The translations under genes were made by a program, and so were the position numbers. This document shows positions 10,701 to 18,964 of a stretch of DNA of 64,000 bases, one piece after another. The notes beneath the pieces are model-generated. The model did not search any database and was not told the DNA's origin. It saw nothing but the letters and a program-made list of their open reading frames with translations. Location of the stretch: contig JAATET010000132.1 in NCBI GenBank assembly GCA_015655545.1, forward strand, positions 13,773 to 77,772, written 5' to 3'. Position 1 is the first letter of the stretch; each line of letters opens with the position of its first letter. This stretch comes from Chthoniobacterales bacterium. Lineage in GTDB: Bacteria > Verrucomicrobiota > Verrucomicrobiia > Chthoniobacterales > JAATET01.

Positions 10701-10965
10701 TATCGTCGTCGATCGCGCGGGCGACCGCGACGACGGGCACGCCGCGGGCGCGCATGCGACGCGCGAACTCTCCATCTCCGGATTCCATGTCGAAGAGGAT
10801 GAGACCCGCGAGCGGATAGTCGTCGAAGACATCCTCCTGCTCGGCCACGAGCAAACGCAGGCGCGCGACACCGGCGGCGGACGATGCACCCAGCGCCATC
10901 GAGTAACCGATATTTCGATTGCGGCGAGGATTGATATAGAAACCAACTGCGTTGGGGGCCGGCAT
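7759..10965 (-). CDS. Soluble hybrid sensor histidine kinase: LacI-type ligand-binding fold, unknown domain, HisKA, HATPase and two receiver domains
   Basis: The N-terminal ~290 aa resemble the LacI/PurR effector core ('VPVVAVARAIDDDIPVVLVDNQAGCRRLAGALIEMGHRQIAFLG', 'ALICANDRMAQGAVMGIRQTGLRVPEDISVAGFDN') with no HTH. H-box 'FLANMSHEIRTPMNGILGM'; ATP-lid 'GGTGLGLAIS'. Receivers carry 'DLLLLDVVMPELDG' and 'DLVLMDMHMPEMDG'. No TM helix seen. I chose the ATG at 10965; 11022 and 11124 are alternatives. Confidence 0.85.
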   Translation of the reverse strand: MPAPNAVGFYINPRRNRNIGYSMALGASSAAGVARLRLLVAEQEDVFDDYPLAGLILFDMESGDGEFARRMRARGVPVVAVARAIDDDIPVVLVDNQAGCRRLAGALIEMGHRQIAFLGSEEGNWENQLRLAGVREAFDAGGVELPEDRVFHVGGWELPGAVEWGRRIASECQGITALICANDRMAQGAVMGIRQTGLRVPEDISVAGFDNFAFRNNFDPEFSDPPLTTLAYPCFEIGCRAFERLFDRGSEHGRHIPPPLIVRRSTCLREGGRMPSANADDYVISPRMFEILAGRHPAGISVAELVGEIFYAALCAERPLERLSLDYREATYRGLNDMFAVHLFRKFTAILEDIEPPADDSDRRRIAAAAAAKVVVDARVWHYRDFHSALQNRINDALSRWHRNLSKIVTFADVVSVADEIRLALGIRCIRLDGRKFGGDVQFALSSEPIRSLPDNLSEELPDSLLFHDDFPNHAILRRRLNPGTPGEVMLEIDFNEGRAEDCERLAQAFESLFVNASLNSRLRDHAQALEARNDELLLAKARADEARYSAEQAAKVKGEFLANMSHEIRTPMNGILGMAELTLDTDLTAQQQEYLNLIKSSTFALLTIINDILDFSKIESGRFHLEEIPFSLRDTFDDMIRALGIQAGEKEIELIYDVRPDVPDSFNGDPGRLRQIINNLVGNAIKFTPSGEIVVRVESAGEPDTRGCALRIEVRDTGIGIPADKLDVIFDSFRQADNSTSRVYGGTGLGLAISSRLVEQMGGSISVESELGRGSVFHFAVRLPLAAQIVTRHQDIDAAALVGRTALVIDDNALNLEIFRETLEAWGMEVTLASEAAAGLELLRAARKNERPFDLLLLDVVMPELDGFEAARRITAEQLCGSTAVLMLSSAFRGNEVDEQKAECQMFLTKPVTRNELLRAIHASLQLRIEPVARRKSRTTAEQPLRILLAEDNRVSALVACRLLEQRGHSVITAVNGAEAVSLWRTGGFDLVLMDMHMPEMDGDAAAREIRRLEGERGDHIPIIAQTANAMSEAEQACLDAGMDAYVSKPIVREKFIAVVESFTPAL

Positions 10966-11100
10966 GGACTGATTTTTCCTGCGGCAAACTACAAGGGCGG
11001 GTTCCGAAGGGAAAGCGGTCATTTGCGAAAAGCCTTCGAATCCCGCGCACTCGGTAGATGTGCGCTTGTTTGCGACTTTCGCGCGGACTAGCATTTTCCC

Positions 11101-14100
11101 ATGGCCCGCAGCCGGACAGCCCATTCGTGGTTTTCACCCGCGATTCGCCTGCTGAATTTGCTGACTTTCCCAAAAAAGTTCGCACTCATCAGCCTGTTCT
11201 TCGCGCTGCCGCTCGGGCTGGTGCTGTATTTTCTGAACGCGAGCATTCAGGAAAAAATCCACATGGCCGAGCTGGAAGTCGACGGCGTCGATTATCTCAC
11301 GCCGCTGAACACGCTCCACGACGAGCTGCCGCAGGCCCGCTCGCTCGCGAGCGCCTATCTGCAGAAGCAGCCGTCCGCCATCGAGCACTACCCGACCCGG
11401 CAGACGGCCGTGGACCGTCTCATGGAATCGCTCGGCGAGGTCGACGCCCGCATCGGCGGGCGGCTGGACACCACGAAGCGCCTGAACATCCTTCGCTCCT
11501 CGTGGGAGGACCTGAAGGCGCAGCTTGCGAAGCTCACGCCGGAAATCAGCGACGAGCAATTCCAGAAAATCATCGGCGATGTCGAGGATCTCAACGCCCA
11601 TGTCGGCGATCAAAGCACGCTCATCCTCGATCCGGATCTCGACTCCTATTATTTGATGGATGCGATCCTTCTCACGCTGCCCGAGAGCGCGAGCATCGTG
11701 GCGCGCACGCGGCAGCTCGTCGGAGCCCGCACCGCGAACGGGGGGCTCTCCGAGTCCGATTTCAACGAACTGCTCTCGCAGGCGGGGCGGCTGCAGTCGA
11801 ATCTCGATTACCTCGAGCGCGGCCTGAAGGTCGCCTTCGCGAACAACCGGAGCGACACCGTGCAGGCGGCCGTCGAGCAGCCGCTCGACCAATACGTCTC
11901 GGCCACGCGCTCGCTGCTGCGCCTCATCGACGGCACCACGCGGCCCGGCGGGCGGGAGCATTTCAGCGAGGACCAATACCAGAAGGCCGTGGCCATCGTG
12001 CTGGACAGCAATTCCGGGCTGTGGGAACGGTCCGCCCAGCAGCTCAAGGCGGTGCTGCAATTCCGCATCGCCTCGCTCCAGCGGCAGCTCATCGTGCTCC
12101 TCGCGATCGCCCTGGCGGCGATCCTGGCCGTGACCTACCTGTGGTTCGCGTTCTACCGCTCGATCATGGACACGGTGCACACGCTGCAGGAGGCCACCGA
12201 TCGCATGAAGGCCGGCGAGGAGAACATCCTCGTGAAGCTCGAGACCCGCGACGAGCTGGGCAAGGTCGGGCAGGCGTTCAACACGGTGGCGCGGCAATTG
12301 ATCAGCGCGGGCCGCAACTACCGCAGCATTTTCGAAGGCTCGGTGGACGGCATTTTCCGCACCGACCTCGAAGGCCGCTATATCGAGGCGAACTCCGCCC
12401 TCGCCCGCATCTACAAATACGAATCGATCCAGGATTTCTACGACCACATGGGCACCGCCAAGAGCCTCTACGTCGATCCCGCGCGGCGCGATCAGTTTCG
12501 CGAGCTCATCGAGCGCGACGGCCTCGTCAAGGACTTCGAATCCGAGGTGCACTGCGCCGACGGCTCGACCATATGGATCGACGAAACCGCGCGCGTCCTC
12601 AAGGACGACAGCGGCCACGCCGCGTTCTACGAGGGCCTCGTGCGCGACATCACGCAAAAGAAGCGCGCGGAGACCGCGCTGCAAAACGCCATCGAGAATG
12701 CCGAGTCCGCGAACCGCGCGAAGTCGGAATTCCTGGCCAACATGTCGCACGAGATCCGCACGCCGATGAACGCCATCCTCGGCTTCTCCGAGCTGCTCAA
12801 GGGCCTCGTGAGCGAGGATCGCCAGCAGAGCTACCTGCAGGCCATCACCTCCAGCGGGCGCACGCTGCTCGCCCTCATCAACGACATCCTCGACCTCTCG
12901 AAGATCGAGTCCGGAAAACTTCAGCTCGAATACGACGCGCTCGACATCCGCGTCGTCCTGCGCGACCTGCAGCACATTTTTTCGCAAAAGGCCGAGCAGA
13001 AGGATCTCGCGCTCGCGCTGGAGATCGCGCCCGGCGTTCCGGAGAGCCTGCTCCTCGACGAAGTGCGGCTGCGGCAGATTTTGTTCAACGTCGTCGGAAA
13101 TGCGCTCAAGTTCACCGAGCACGGAGGCGTCACGATCCGCGCAATGACCGGCGCGACGAACACGCAGCAGGACAGCATCGAGCTCGTGCTCGAGGTCGAG
13201 GACACCGGCATCGGCATCTCGCAGGACGAGCAGCAGCGGATCTTCGAGGAATTCACGCAGCAGAGCGGCCAGAGCACGAAAAAATACGGCGGCACCGGCC
13301 TCGGCCTCGCGATCACGAAACGGCTCATCGAAATGATGCGCGGCCAGATTTCGATCCGCAGCGAGGTCGGCAAGGGCAGCGTATTCCGCTTCACCTTCCC
13401 CGAGATCAAGCTCGCCACGCCCAGCGCCGTGCCGCGCGCCTCCATCTTCGAGCAGGCCTACGATCTTGCGGACCTCGAGGCATGCAAGGTGCTTGTTGCG
13501 GACGATATCGTGATGAACCGCGACCTCATACGCGCCTTTTTCTTCGGCACCGACCATCAGCTCATCGAGGCGGAAAACGGCTGCGAAGCCGTCGAGCTCG
13601 CCCGCAGCGAACGCCCCGACGTGATCCTCATGGACGTGCGCATGCCCGTGATGGATGGCGTGCAGGCCACGCGCATGCTGAAGGCCGACGCGGCGCTGAG
13701 GAGCATCCCCATCATCGTCATTACCGCCTCGGCGATGCAGAGCGAGGAGATCGCGCTCAAGCCCATCTGCGACGGATTTCTCCGCAAGCCGATCAGCCGT
13801 TCCGACCTCGCGGGGCAGATGCGGAACTTCTGCCGGGCCAAGCCCGGGGCGGAGCGCAAAATCATCCCCGCGGAGCCCGCGAAAGCCGCGCCGGCCACGG
13901 AGAACGACGCGGCCCGGCTGCCCGAGCTGCTGCCGCACCTGGAAAGATGCCGCGCGACCTGGGAGGGCCTGATGGACGCCCCTCTGGTGAGCGAGGTCGA
14001 GCGGTTCGCCCGGCATCTCGAAACCCTCGGCGACGAGTATTACAACCCGGCGCTCCGCAATTACGGCAAACGCCTCGCTTCCTGCGCGGCGCGCTTCGAC

Positions 14101-14181
14101 CTGGTCGCCATGGAAAACGCTTTACAGGAATTTGGAACCTTGTTTGTTCAACTCTATCCCGGCTCACCGGCAAAGGCGTGA
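11101..14181 (+). CDS. Transmembrane hybrid sensor histidine kinase: ~290-aa extracytoplasmic helical sensor, HAMP, PAS, HisKA, HATPase, REC and a C-terminal helical (HPt-like?) tail
   Basis: TM1 is 'FALISLFFALPLGLVLYFL' and TM2 is 'LIVLLAIALAAILAVTYLWFAF'. PAS segment 'YRSIFEGSVDGIFRTDLEGRYIEAN'. H-box 'FLANMSHEIRTPMNAILGF'. ATP-lid 'GGTGLGLAITK'. REC 'DVILMDVRMPVMDG'. Confidence 0.9.
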   Translation: MARSRTAHSWFSPAIRLLNLLTFPKKFALISLFFALPLGLVLYFLNASIQEKIHMAELEVDGVDYLTPLNTLHDELPQARSLASAYLQKQPSAIEHYPTRQTAVDRLMESLGEVDARIGGRLDTTKRLNILRSSWEDLKAQLAKLTPEISDEQFQKIIGDVEDLNAHVGDQSTLILDPDLDSYYLMDAILLTLPESASIVARTRQLVGARTANGGLSESDFNELLSQAGRLQSNLDYLERGLKVAFANNRSDTVQAAVEQPLDQYVSATRSLLRLIDGTTRPGGREHFSEDQYQKAVAIVLDSNSGLWERSAQQLKAVLQFRIASLQRQLIVLLAIALAAILAVTYLWFAFYRSIMDTVHTLQEATDRMKAGEENILVKLETRDELGKVGQAFNTVARQLISAGRNYRSIFEGSVDGIFRTDLEGRYIEANSALARIYKYESIQDFYDHMGTAKSLYVDPARRDQFRELIERDGLVKDFESEVHCADGSTIWIDETARVLKDDSGHAAFYEGLVRDITQKKRAETALQNAIENAESANRAKSEFLANMSHEIRTPMNAILGFSELLKGLVSEDRQQSYLQAITSSGRTLLALINDILDLSKIESGKLQLEYDALDIRVVLRDLQHIFSQKAEQKDLALALEIAPGVPESLLLDEVRLRQILFNVVGNALKFTEHGGVTIRAMTGATNTQQDSIELVLEVEDTGIGISQDEQQRIFEEFTQQSGQSTKKYGGTGLGLAITKRLIEMMRGQISIRSEVGKGSVFRFTFPEIKLATPSAVPRASIFEQAYDLADLEACKVLVADDIVMNRDLIRAFFFGTDHQLIEAENGCEAVELARSERPDVILMDVRMPVMDGVQATRMLKADAALRSIPIIVITASAMQSEEIALKPICDGFLRKPISRSDLAGQMRNFCRAKPGAERKIIPAEPAKAAPATENDAARLPELLPHLERCRATWEGLMDAPLVSEVERFARHLETLGDEYYNPALRNYGKRLASCAARFDLVAMENALQEFGTLFVQLYPGSPAKA

Positions 14182-15350
14182 CTCTCGACATTCCCACCGC
14201 ACCCGCCAAGGCGGACTCCAATCCCGCCCGGAAGCGGCTCGTCCTCATCGTGGACGACCTGCCGGACAACCTCCAGGTGCTCGCGGGCCATCTCACCGAG
14301 GCGGGCCACGAGATCCTCGCGGCGAACAGCGGGCCGCGCGCCATCGCCCTCGTGCGCAACCGCAAGCCCGACCTCATTCTCCTCGACATCATGATGCCCG
14401 GCATGGACGGCCTCGAGGTCTGCCGCCGGCTCAAGGCCGAGGCCGACTCCGCCGACATCCCGATCATTTTCATCACCGCGCGCACCGAGACCGACGACGT
14501 CCTGCGCGGCTTCCAGCTCGGCGCCGTCGATTACATCACGAAGCCGTTCAAGCCCGCCGAACTCATCGCCCGCGTGCGCACCCATCTGGAACTCAAAAGC
14601 TCCCGCGACCTGCTCTTCACCTGCAACAAGCAGCTCGAACGCATCAGCAGGCACCTGCGCCGTTTGAACGACGATAAAAACCGGTTCCTCGGCATCGTCT
14701 CCCACGACATTCGCGGGGCCTTCGGCAACGTGGTCTCGGTCTCGCGCCTGCTGGCGGATGACGAAAGCGAGCCCGAGGACGAAGCCGGGCAGCTCCTGCG
14801 CGACATCGGCGTGGAAGCCGAGCACATGATCGCCCTCGCGCAAAACCTCCTCAACATCGACTCCATCGAGCGGGGCTCGGTGCAGATGCGGGAGGAGCGC
14901 GTGGAAAGCCGCGAGCTGCTCGATTTCGCCATCAACGCCCACCAGATGGCCGCGCGCACGAAGCATCTGGACTGCCGCATTTCCTCCGACAGATCCAGCA
15001 TTCGCGGCGACCTCACCGCCTGCCGGCAGATTCTCACGAACCTCATTTCGAACGCCGTCAAATACTCGCCCGAAGGTTCCCACATCTGGCTGCAAGCCAC
15101 GTGGCAGGAAGACGGTCGCGTGCGCCTCTCCGTCCGCGACGAGGGACCGGGGCTCTCCGACGAGGATCAAAAAAAACTTTACCGCCCCTTCACACGCCTG
15201 AGCAGCAAGGCCATCGGCAACGAACACTCGGTCGGCCTCGGCCTGTGCATCGTGAAGCTCATGGTCGATGGCATGGGCGGCGAGATTCACTGCGAGAGCC
15301 GCCTCGGCGAAGGGACGACCTTTACGATTTTGCTGCCCGCCTGGGAGTAA
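14178..15350 (+). CDS. Receiver-domain-fused histidine kinase (REC, HisKA, HATPase)
   Basis: Hidden inside track ORF 11058..15350. The GTG start at 14178 overlaps the upstream TGA (GTGA). REC 'LVLIVDDLPDN...DLILLDIMMPGMDG...YITKPF'. H-box 'FLGIVSHDIRGAFG'. ATP-lid 'VGLGLCIVK'. Confidence 0.8.
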   Translation: MTLDIPTAPAKADSNPARKRLVLIVDDLPDNLQVLAGHLTEAGHEILAANSGPRAIALVRNRKPDLILLDIMMPGMDGLEVCRRLKAEADSADIPIIFITARTETDDVLRGFQLGAVDYITKPFKPAELIARVRTHLELKSSRDLLFTCNKQLERISRHLRRLNDDKNRFLGIVSHDIRGAFGNVVSVSRLLADDESEPEDEAGQLLRDIGVEAEHMIALAQNLLNIDSIERGSVQMREERVESRELLDFAINAHQMAARTKHLDCRISSDRSSIRGDLTACRQILTNLISNAVKYSPEGSHIWLQATWQEDGRVRLSVRDEGPGLSDEDQKKLYRPFTRLSSKAIGNEHSVGLGLCIVKLMVDGMGGEIHCESRLGEGTTFTILLPAWE

Positions 15351-15414
15351 TCCATCGCCCGGCCACCCTTTTTAGTAGGCACAAGCCGAAGAAAATTTTA
15401 GCTTCCGGGTTCTC

Positions 15415-15987
15415 GTGGATTCGATTGAGGCCCAGATCGGAAAAAGAATTCGCACATTACGGCTCGAGCGCGATGTGACGCTCGACCAACTCGCCGAGCT
15501 GTGCCGCCTCACCAAGGGCCAGCTTTCCAAGATCGAGAACGGCAAGGTTTCCTGCCCCGTTTCGACGCTCACCCGCGTGGCCTCGGCGCTCGGCGTGCAT
15601 GTCGGCAATCTTTTCGATGGCAAGGACACGACCGCCCGCGCCGTGCTGGTCAAAAAATCCGACCGCAAATCCATCGTCGGCCGCGGCTCCAAAATCGGCC
15701 ATAGCTACGAGAGCCTCGCCGCGGGCTTGCCGTTCGAAAAGGACTTCGAGCCGTATCTGATGACGATCGAGGAGAAGAAAATCGACCCGTCGAAGAATGT
15801 CTTCAAACATCCGGGCCATGAGTTCCTTTTCATGCTCGAGGGCAAGATGACCTACCGCCATGCCGGCAAGGAATTCCGCATGGAACAGGGCGACAGCCTG
15901 TTTTTCGACGCGACCTTCGAGCACGGCCCCGTGACGGTCAGCAACACGCCGGACCGCTTTCTCAGCATCATCAGCGACGCGTCGTAG
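15415..15987 (+). CDS. XRE-family HTH plus cupin transcriptional regulator (PuuR-like architecture)
   Basis: 190 aa with a GTG start. HTH 'IGKRIRTLRLERDVTLDQLAELCRLTKGQLSKIENGK'. C-terminal cupin 'HPGHEFLFMLEGKMTYRHAGKEFRMEQGDSLFFDATFEHG'. Confidence 0.85.
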   Translation: MDSIEAQIGKRIRTLRLERDVTLDQLAELCRLTKGQLSKIENGKVSCPVSTLTRVASALGVHVGNLFDGKDTTARAVLVKKSDRKSIVGRGSKIGHSYESLAAGLPFEKDFEPYLMTIEEKKIDPSKNVFKHPGHEFLFMLEGKMTYRHAGKEFRMEQGDSLFFDATFEHGPVTVSNTPDRFLSIISDAS

Positions 15988-15990
15988 CCG

Positions 15991-17307
15991 CTAGAAGCTC
16001 GCGCTTCCCGGAATCCAGTTCGTGCCCGCAAGCGGGATCTTCGCCATCGCCGCAGCTTCGATGGTCAGCGCGGCGAGGTCTTCGGGCTCGAGATTGTGCA
16101 CATGCGATTTGCCGCAGGCCCGCGCAAGCGTCTGGGTCTCGAGCGTGAGCACGCGCAGGTAATTCGCGAGCTTGCGCCCTCCGGCAACGGGGTCGAGCCG
16201 CGCGGCGAGTTCGGGATCCTGGGTGGAAATCCCCGCCGGATCGGTGCCGGCCTGGTAATCGTCGAAAAATCCGGCCGAGCTGCCGAGCTTCTCGTAGTCA
16301 GCCTGGTATTTGGGGCTGTTGCAGCCGAGCGCGATCAGCGCGGCGGTGCCGATGGAAACGGCGTCCGCGCCCATGGCGAGAGCCTTCGCCACATCCGCGC
16401 CGCTACGGATGCCGCCCGACACGATGAGCTGCACTTTGCGGTGCATGTCCATTTCCTGGAGCGCCTCCACGGCCTGGCGCAACGCGGCCAGCGTGGGAAT
16501 CCCGACGTGCTCGATAAAGACATCCTGCGTCGCGCCGGTGCCGCCTTGCATGCCATCGACGACGATGACGTCCGCTCCGGCTTTCACCGCCAGCTTCACG
16601 TCGTAATAAGTCCGCGCCGCGCCGATCTTGATGTAGATCGGCTTTTCCCAATCCGTGATCTCGCGCAGCTCCTCGATCTTGATCGCGAGGTCGTCGGGAC
16701 CGGTCCAATCCGGGTGCCGGCAGGCGCTGCGCTGGTCGATGCCTTTTGGCAGCGTGCGCATCTCGGCGACGCGATCGCTGATTTTCTGGCCGAGCAGCAT
16801 GCCGCCGCCGCCGGGCTTCGCGCCCTGCCCGAGGACGATCTCGATCGCGTCGGCCTTGCGGAGGTCGTCGGGATTCATGCCGTAGCGCGAGGGCAGATAT
16901 TGATACACGAGCTTTTCGGAATGGCCTCGTTCCTCGGGCGTCATGCCGCCGTCGCCGGTCGTCGTGGACGTTCCCATGGCCGTCGCGCCGCGACCGAGCG
17001 CCTCCTTGGCATTCGCCGAGAGCGCGCCGAAGCTCATTCCGGCAATCGTGATCGGAATCTTGATCTCGATCGGTGTTTTCGCGAAACGCGTGCCGAGCGT
17101 CACGCCGGTCGCGCACTTTTCACGGTAGCCCTCGAGCGGATAGCGCGACATCGAGGCTCCCAGGAAAACGAGGTCGTCAAAATGCGGCATCCACCGCTTC
17201 GCGCCCCACCCGCGGATGTCGGAGATGCCTTCTTCCGCGGCGCGCTGGATTTCGTGAATGACGTTGCGGTCGTAGAGGTGGGATTCGCGCAGGCCGGGTT
17301 TGTTCAT
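15991..17307 (-). CDS. Glutamate-synthase FMN-domain protein (GltB2 / MgsC-like)
   Basis: 438 aa with TIM-barrel FMN/FeS-type motifs 'GQGAKPGGGGMLLG' and 'VVDGMQGGTGATQ'. Last gene of a three-gene split-GltB set. Confidence 0.85.
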   Translation of the reverse strand: MNKPGLRESHLYDRNVIHEIQRAAEEGISDIRGWGAKRWMPHFDDLVFLGASMSRYPLEGYREKCATGVTLGTRFAKTPIEIKIPITIAGMSFGALSANAKEALGRGATAMGTSTTTGDGGMTPEERGHSEKLVYQYLPSRYGMNPDDLRKADAIEIVLGQGAKPGGGGMLLGQKISDRVAEMRTLPKGIDQRSACRHPDWTGPDDLAIKIEELREITDWEKPIYIKIGAARTYYDVKLAVKAGADVIVVDGMQGGTGATQDVFIEHVGIPTLAALRQAVEALQEMDMHRKVQLIVSGGIRSGADVAKALAMGADAVSIGTAALIALGCNSPKYQADYEKLGSSAGFFDDYQAGTDPAGISTQDPELAARLDPVAGGRKLANYLRVLTLETQTLARACGKSHVHNLEPEDLAALTIEAAAMAKIPLAGTNWIPGSASF

Positions 17308-17310
17308 GAC

Positions 17311-17988
17311 TCAATAACTCGATGCGTGATCGACCTTGAAGTTGTAGAGATTCCTCGCGGATCCGTAGCGGGTGAATTCTTCCGGCTTCGCATTCGCTCC
17401 GGATTTTTCCAGCACCGCCGCGAGCCATTCGAGGTGCTTCGGAAGCATTTCCTTTTTGACGCAATCCGCGCCGAGGCTCGCCACCTCTCCGCGCACGAAC
17501 AGCCGCGCTTCGTAGATCGAGTCGCCGAGGGCGTCGCCCGCATTTCCGCAAACGACGAGATTTCCCGCCTGGCCCATGAACGCGCTCATGTGGCCGACCG
17601 AGCCTTTCACGACGATGTCCACGCCCTTCATCGAAATCCCGCACCGCGCGGACGCGTCTCCGTCGATGATGAGCAAGCCGCCGTGCGCCGTGGCGCCCGC
17701 GGATTGGCTCGCATTGCCTTTCACGTGCACGAGACCGGACATCATGTTCTCCGCCACGCCCGTGCCGCAATTTCCTTCGACCACCACGGTCGCGAGTTGA
17801 TTCATCCCGGCGCAATAGTATCCGACGTGACCTTCGATCTCGACCGTGACCGGTGCGTTCAATCCCACGGCTACCGCGTGGGCTCCACCCGGGGTCAACA
17901 CCCGCCAGCGGCTCGGATCCCCCCTCGCCTCGTGCAGCGCGGCATTCAGCTCGCGCACCGACGAGACGGCCAGATCGACAATCTTCAC
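17311..17988 (-). CDS. GXGXG-motif glutamate-synthase C-terminal-domain protein (GltB3 / MgsB-like)
   Basis: Beta-helix repeats 'VEGNCGTGVAENMMSGLVHVKGNASQSAGATAHGGLLIIDGDAS...VVCGNAGDALGDS'. The GTG start at 17988 forms a GTGA overlap with the upstream stop; the track start at 18030 is probably too long. Confidence 0.8.
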   Translation of the reverse strand: MKIVDLAVSSVRELNAALHEARGDPSRWRVLTPGGAHAVAVGLNAPVTVEIEGHVGYYCAGMNQLATVVVEGNCGTGVAENMMSGLVHVKGNASQSAGATAHGGLLIIDGDASARCGISMKGVDIVVKGSVGHMSAFMGQAGNLVVCGNAGDALGDSIYEARLFVRGEVASLGADCVKKEMLPKHLEWLAAVLEKSGANAKPEEFTRYGSARNLYNFKVDHASSY

Positions 17989-18884
17989 GCGCGGCTCCAA
18001 CTGTAAACGATTCCGGGCTCGGGCTCCCAAAGCCGCGCGAAGTCGATGCCGGGCAGCCCGATCAACGCTCGATATTCCGAAGCCATGGCGACGTAGTCGT
18101 CGGTCTCCGCCATGACAGCCGGCTTGCAGGCAATGGGATCGCGCAGCACGGCAAAGCCCTCCGCGGTTCCGATGGCGAATGTGTAAAATCCATCGATATC
18201 CTCGAGGCTGGCTTCGAGTGCCTCCCGGAGGCTCATCCCCTGCCGCAGCCGCCAGGTGAAATAGCCGGCGGCGACCTCGGTATCATTCTCGGTGCGGAAT
18301 TCGATACCGTCTTTTTTGAGATTTTCGCGGAGCCGGTTGTGGTTGCTCAGCGATCCGTTGTGCACGAGGCAGAGATCCATGCCGGTGGAAAACGGATGCG
18401 ACCCCGCGGTCGAGACCGCGCTCTCGGTCGCCATGCGCGTGTGCCCGATGGCGTGCGTGCCGGCCATCTCGCGCACGCCGAACCGCTCGACGACTTCGCG
18501 AGGCGTCCCGGTCTCCTTCATGATCTGGATGCGCCGGCCCACGCTCAGGATCGTCACATCTCGATCGAGCTCCGCCAGGGCCACGCGCAGCGTCGTCTCA
18601 TCCGTCGGCACGACGAGCAAGGCATGCGTGGATTTTTTTTTGAGATTCACCGGCGCGCCGCAGCGGGATTCGACCCGCGAAACAAGCTTGCGCCAGTCGT
18701 AGGCAAAATCCGGATGCTGCAGCGAGACTTTGATCCATCCCTCCGGTGCCTCGTCGTTGTAAATCGCAAATCCCGCGCTGTCCGGCCCGCGGCCGCACAT
18801 GCTCTCCAGCATCGGGGCGAACAACCGGCCCAACTCTTGCTCATGATCAGCATTTTTGAAAAACAACCCGACGATACCGCACAT
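17985..18884 (-). CDS. Class-II (Ntn) glutamine amidotransferase-domain protein (GltB1 / MgsA-like)
   Basis: The N-terminal catalytic 'MCGIVGLF' is typical of Ntn GATase-2. 299 aa. First gene of the minus-strand triplet. Confidence 0.85.
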   Translation of the reverse strand: MCGIVGLFFKNADHEQELGRLFAPMLESMCGRGPDSAGFAIYNDEAPEGWIKVSLQHPDFAYDWRKLVSRVESRCGAPVNLKKKSTHALLVVPTDETTLRVALAELDRDVTILSVGRRIQIMKETGTPREVVERFGVREMAGTHAIGHTRMATESAVSTAGSHPFSTGMDLCLVHNGSLSNHNRLRENLKKDGIEFRTENDTEVAAGYFTWRLRQGMSLREALEASLEDIDGFYTFAIGTAEGFAVLRDPIACKPAVMAETDDYVAMASEYRALIGLPGIDFARLWEPEPGIVYSWSRA

Positions 18885-18964
18885 AATTTACGAAAATCCC
18901 CTTCCCATTGCATCACTGTTTCATTAGACGCAACATAAATTTCGTATTTAAACCTTAGGCACAG

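Noticed and set aside
7903-11091. 1062-aa + strand ORF opposite the LacI-fold hybrid kinase, and likewise 11134..14016 on the minus strand opposite the second kinase
   Set aside because: Both are GC-rich antisense frames without stops. Their composition is dominated by G/A/R/E/D/V, with no recognisable domains. The partner strands carry complete HisKA, HATPase and REC motifs.
11058-14177. 1430-aa ORF 11058..15350 read as one giant protein
   Set aside because: Its first ~1040 codons are an Arg/Pro/His-rich out-of-frame shadow of the genuine hybrid kinase gene 11101..14181. Only the last 390 codons (from the GTG at 14178) have receiver and kinase motifs.
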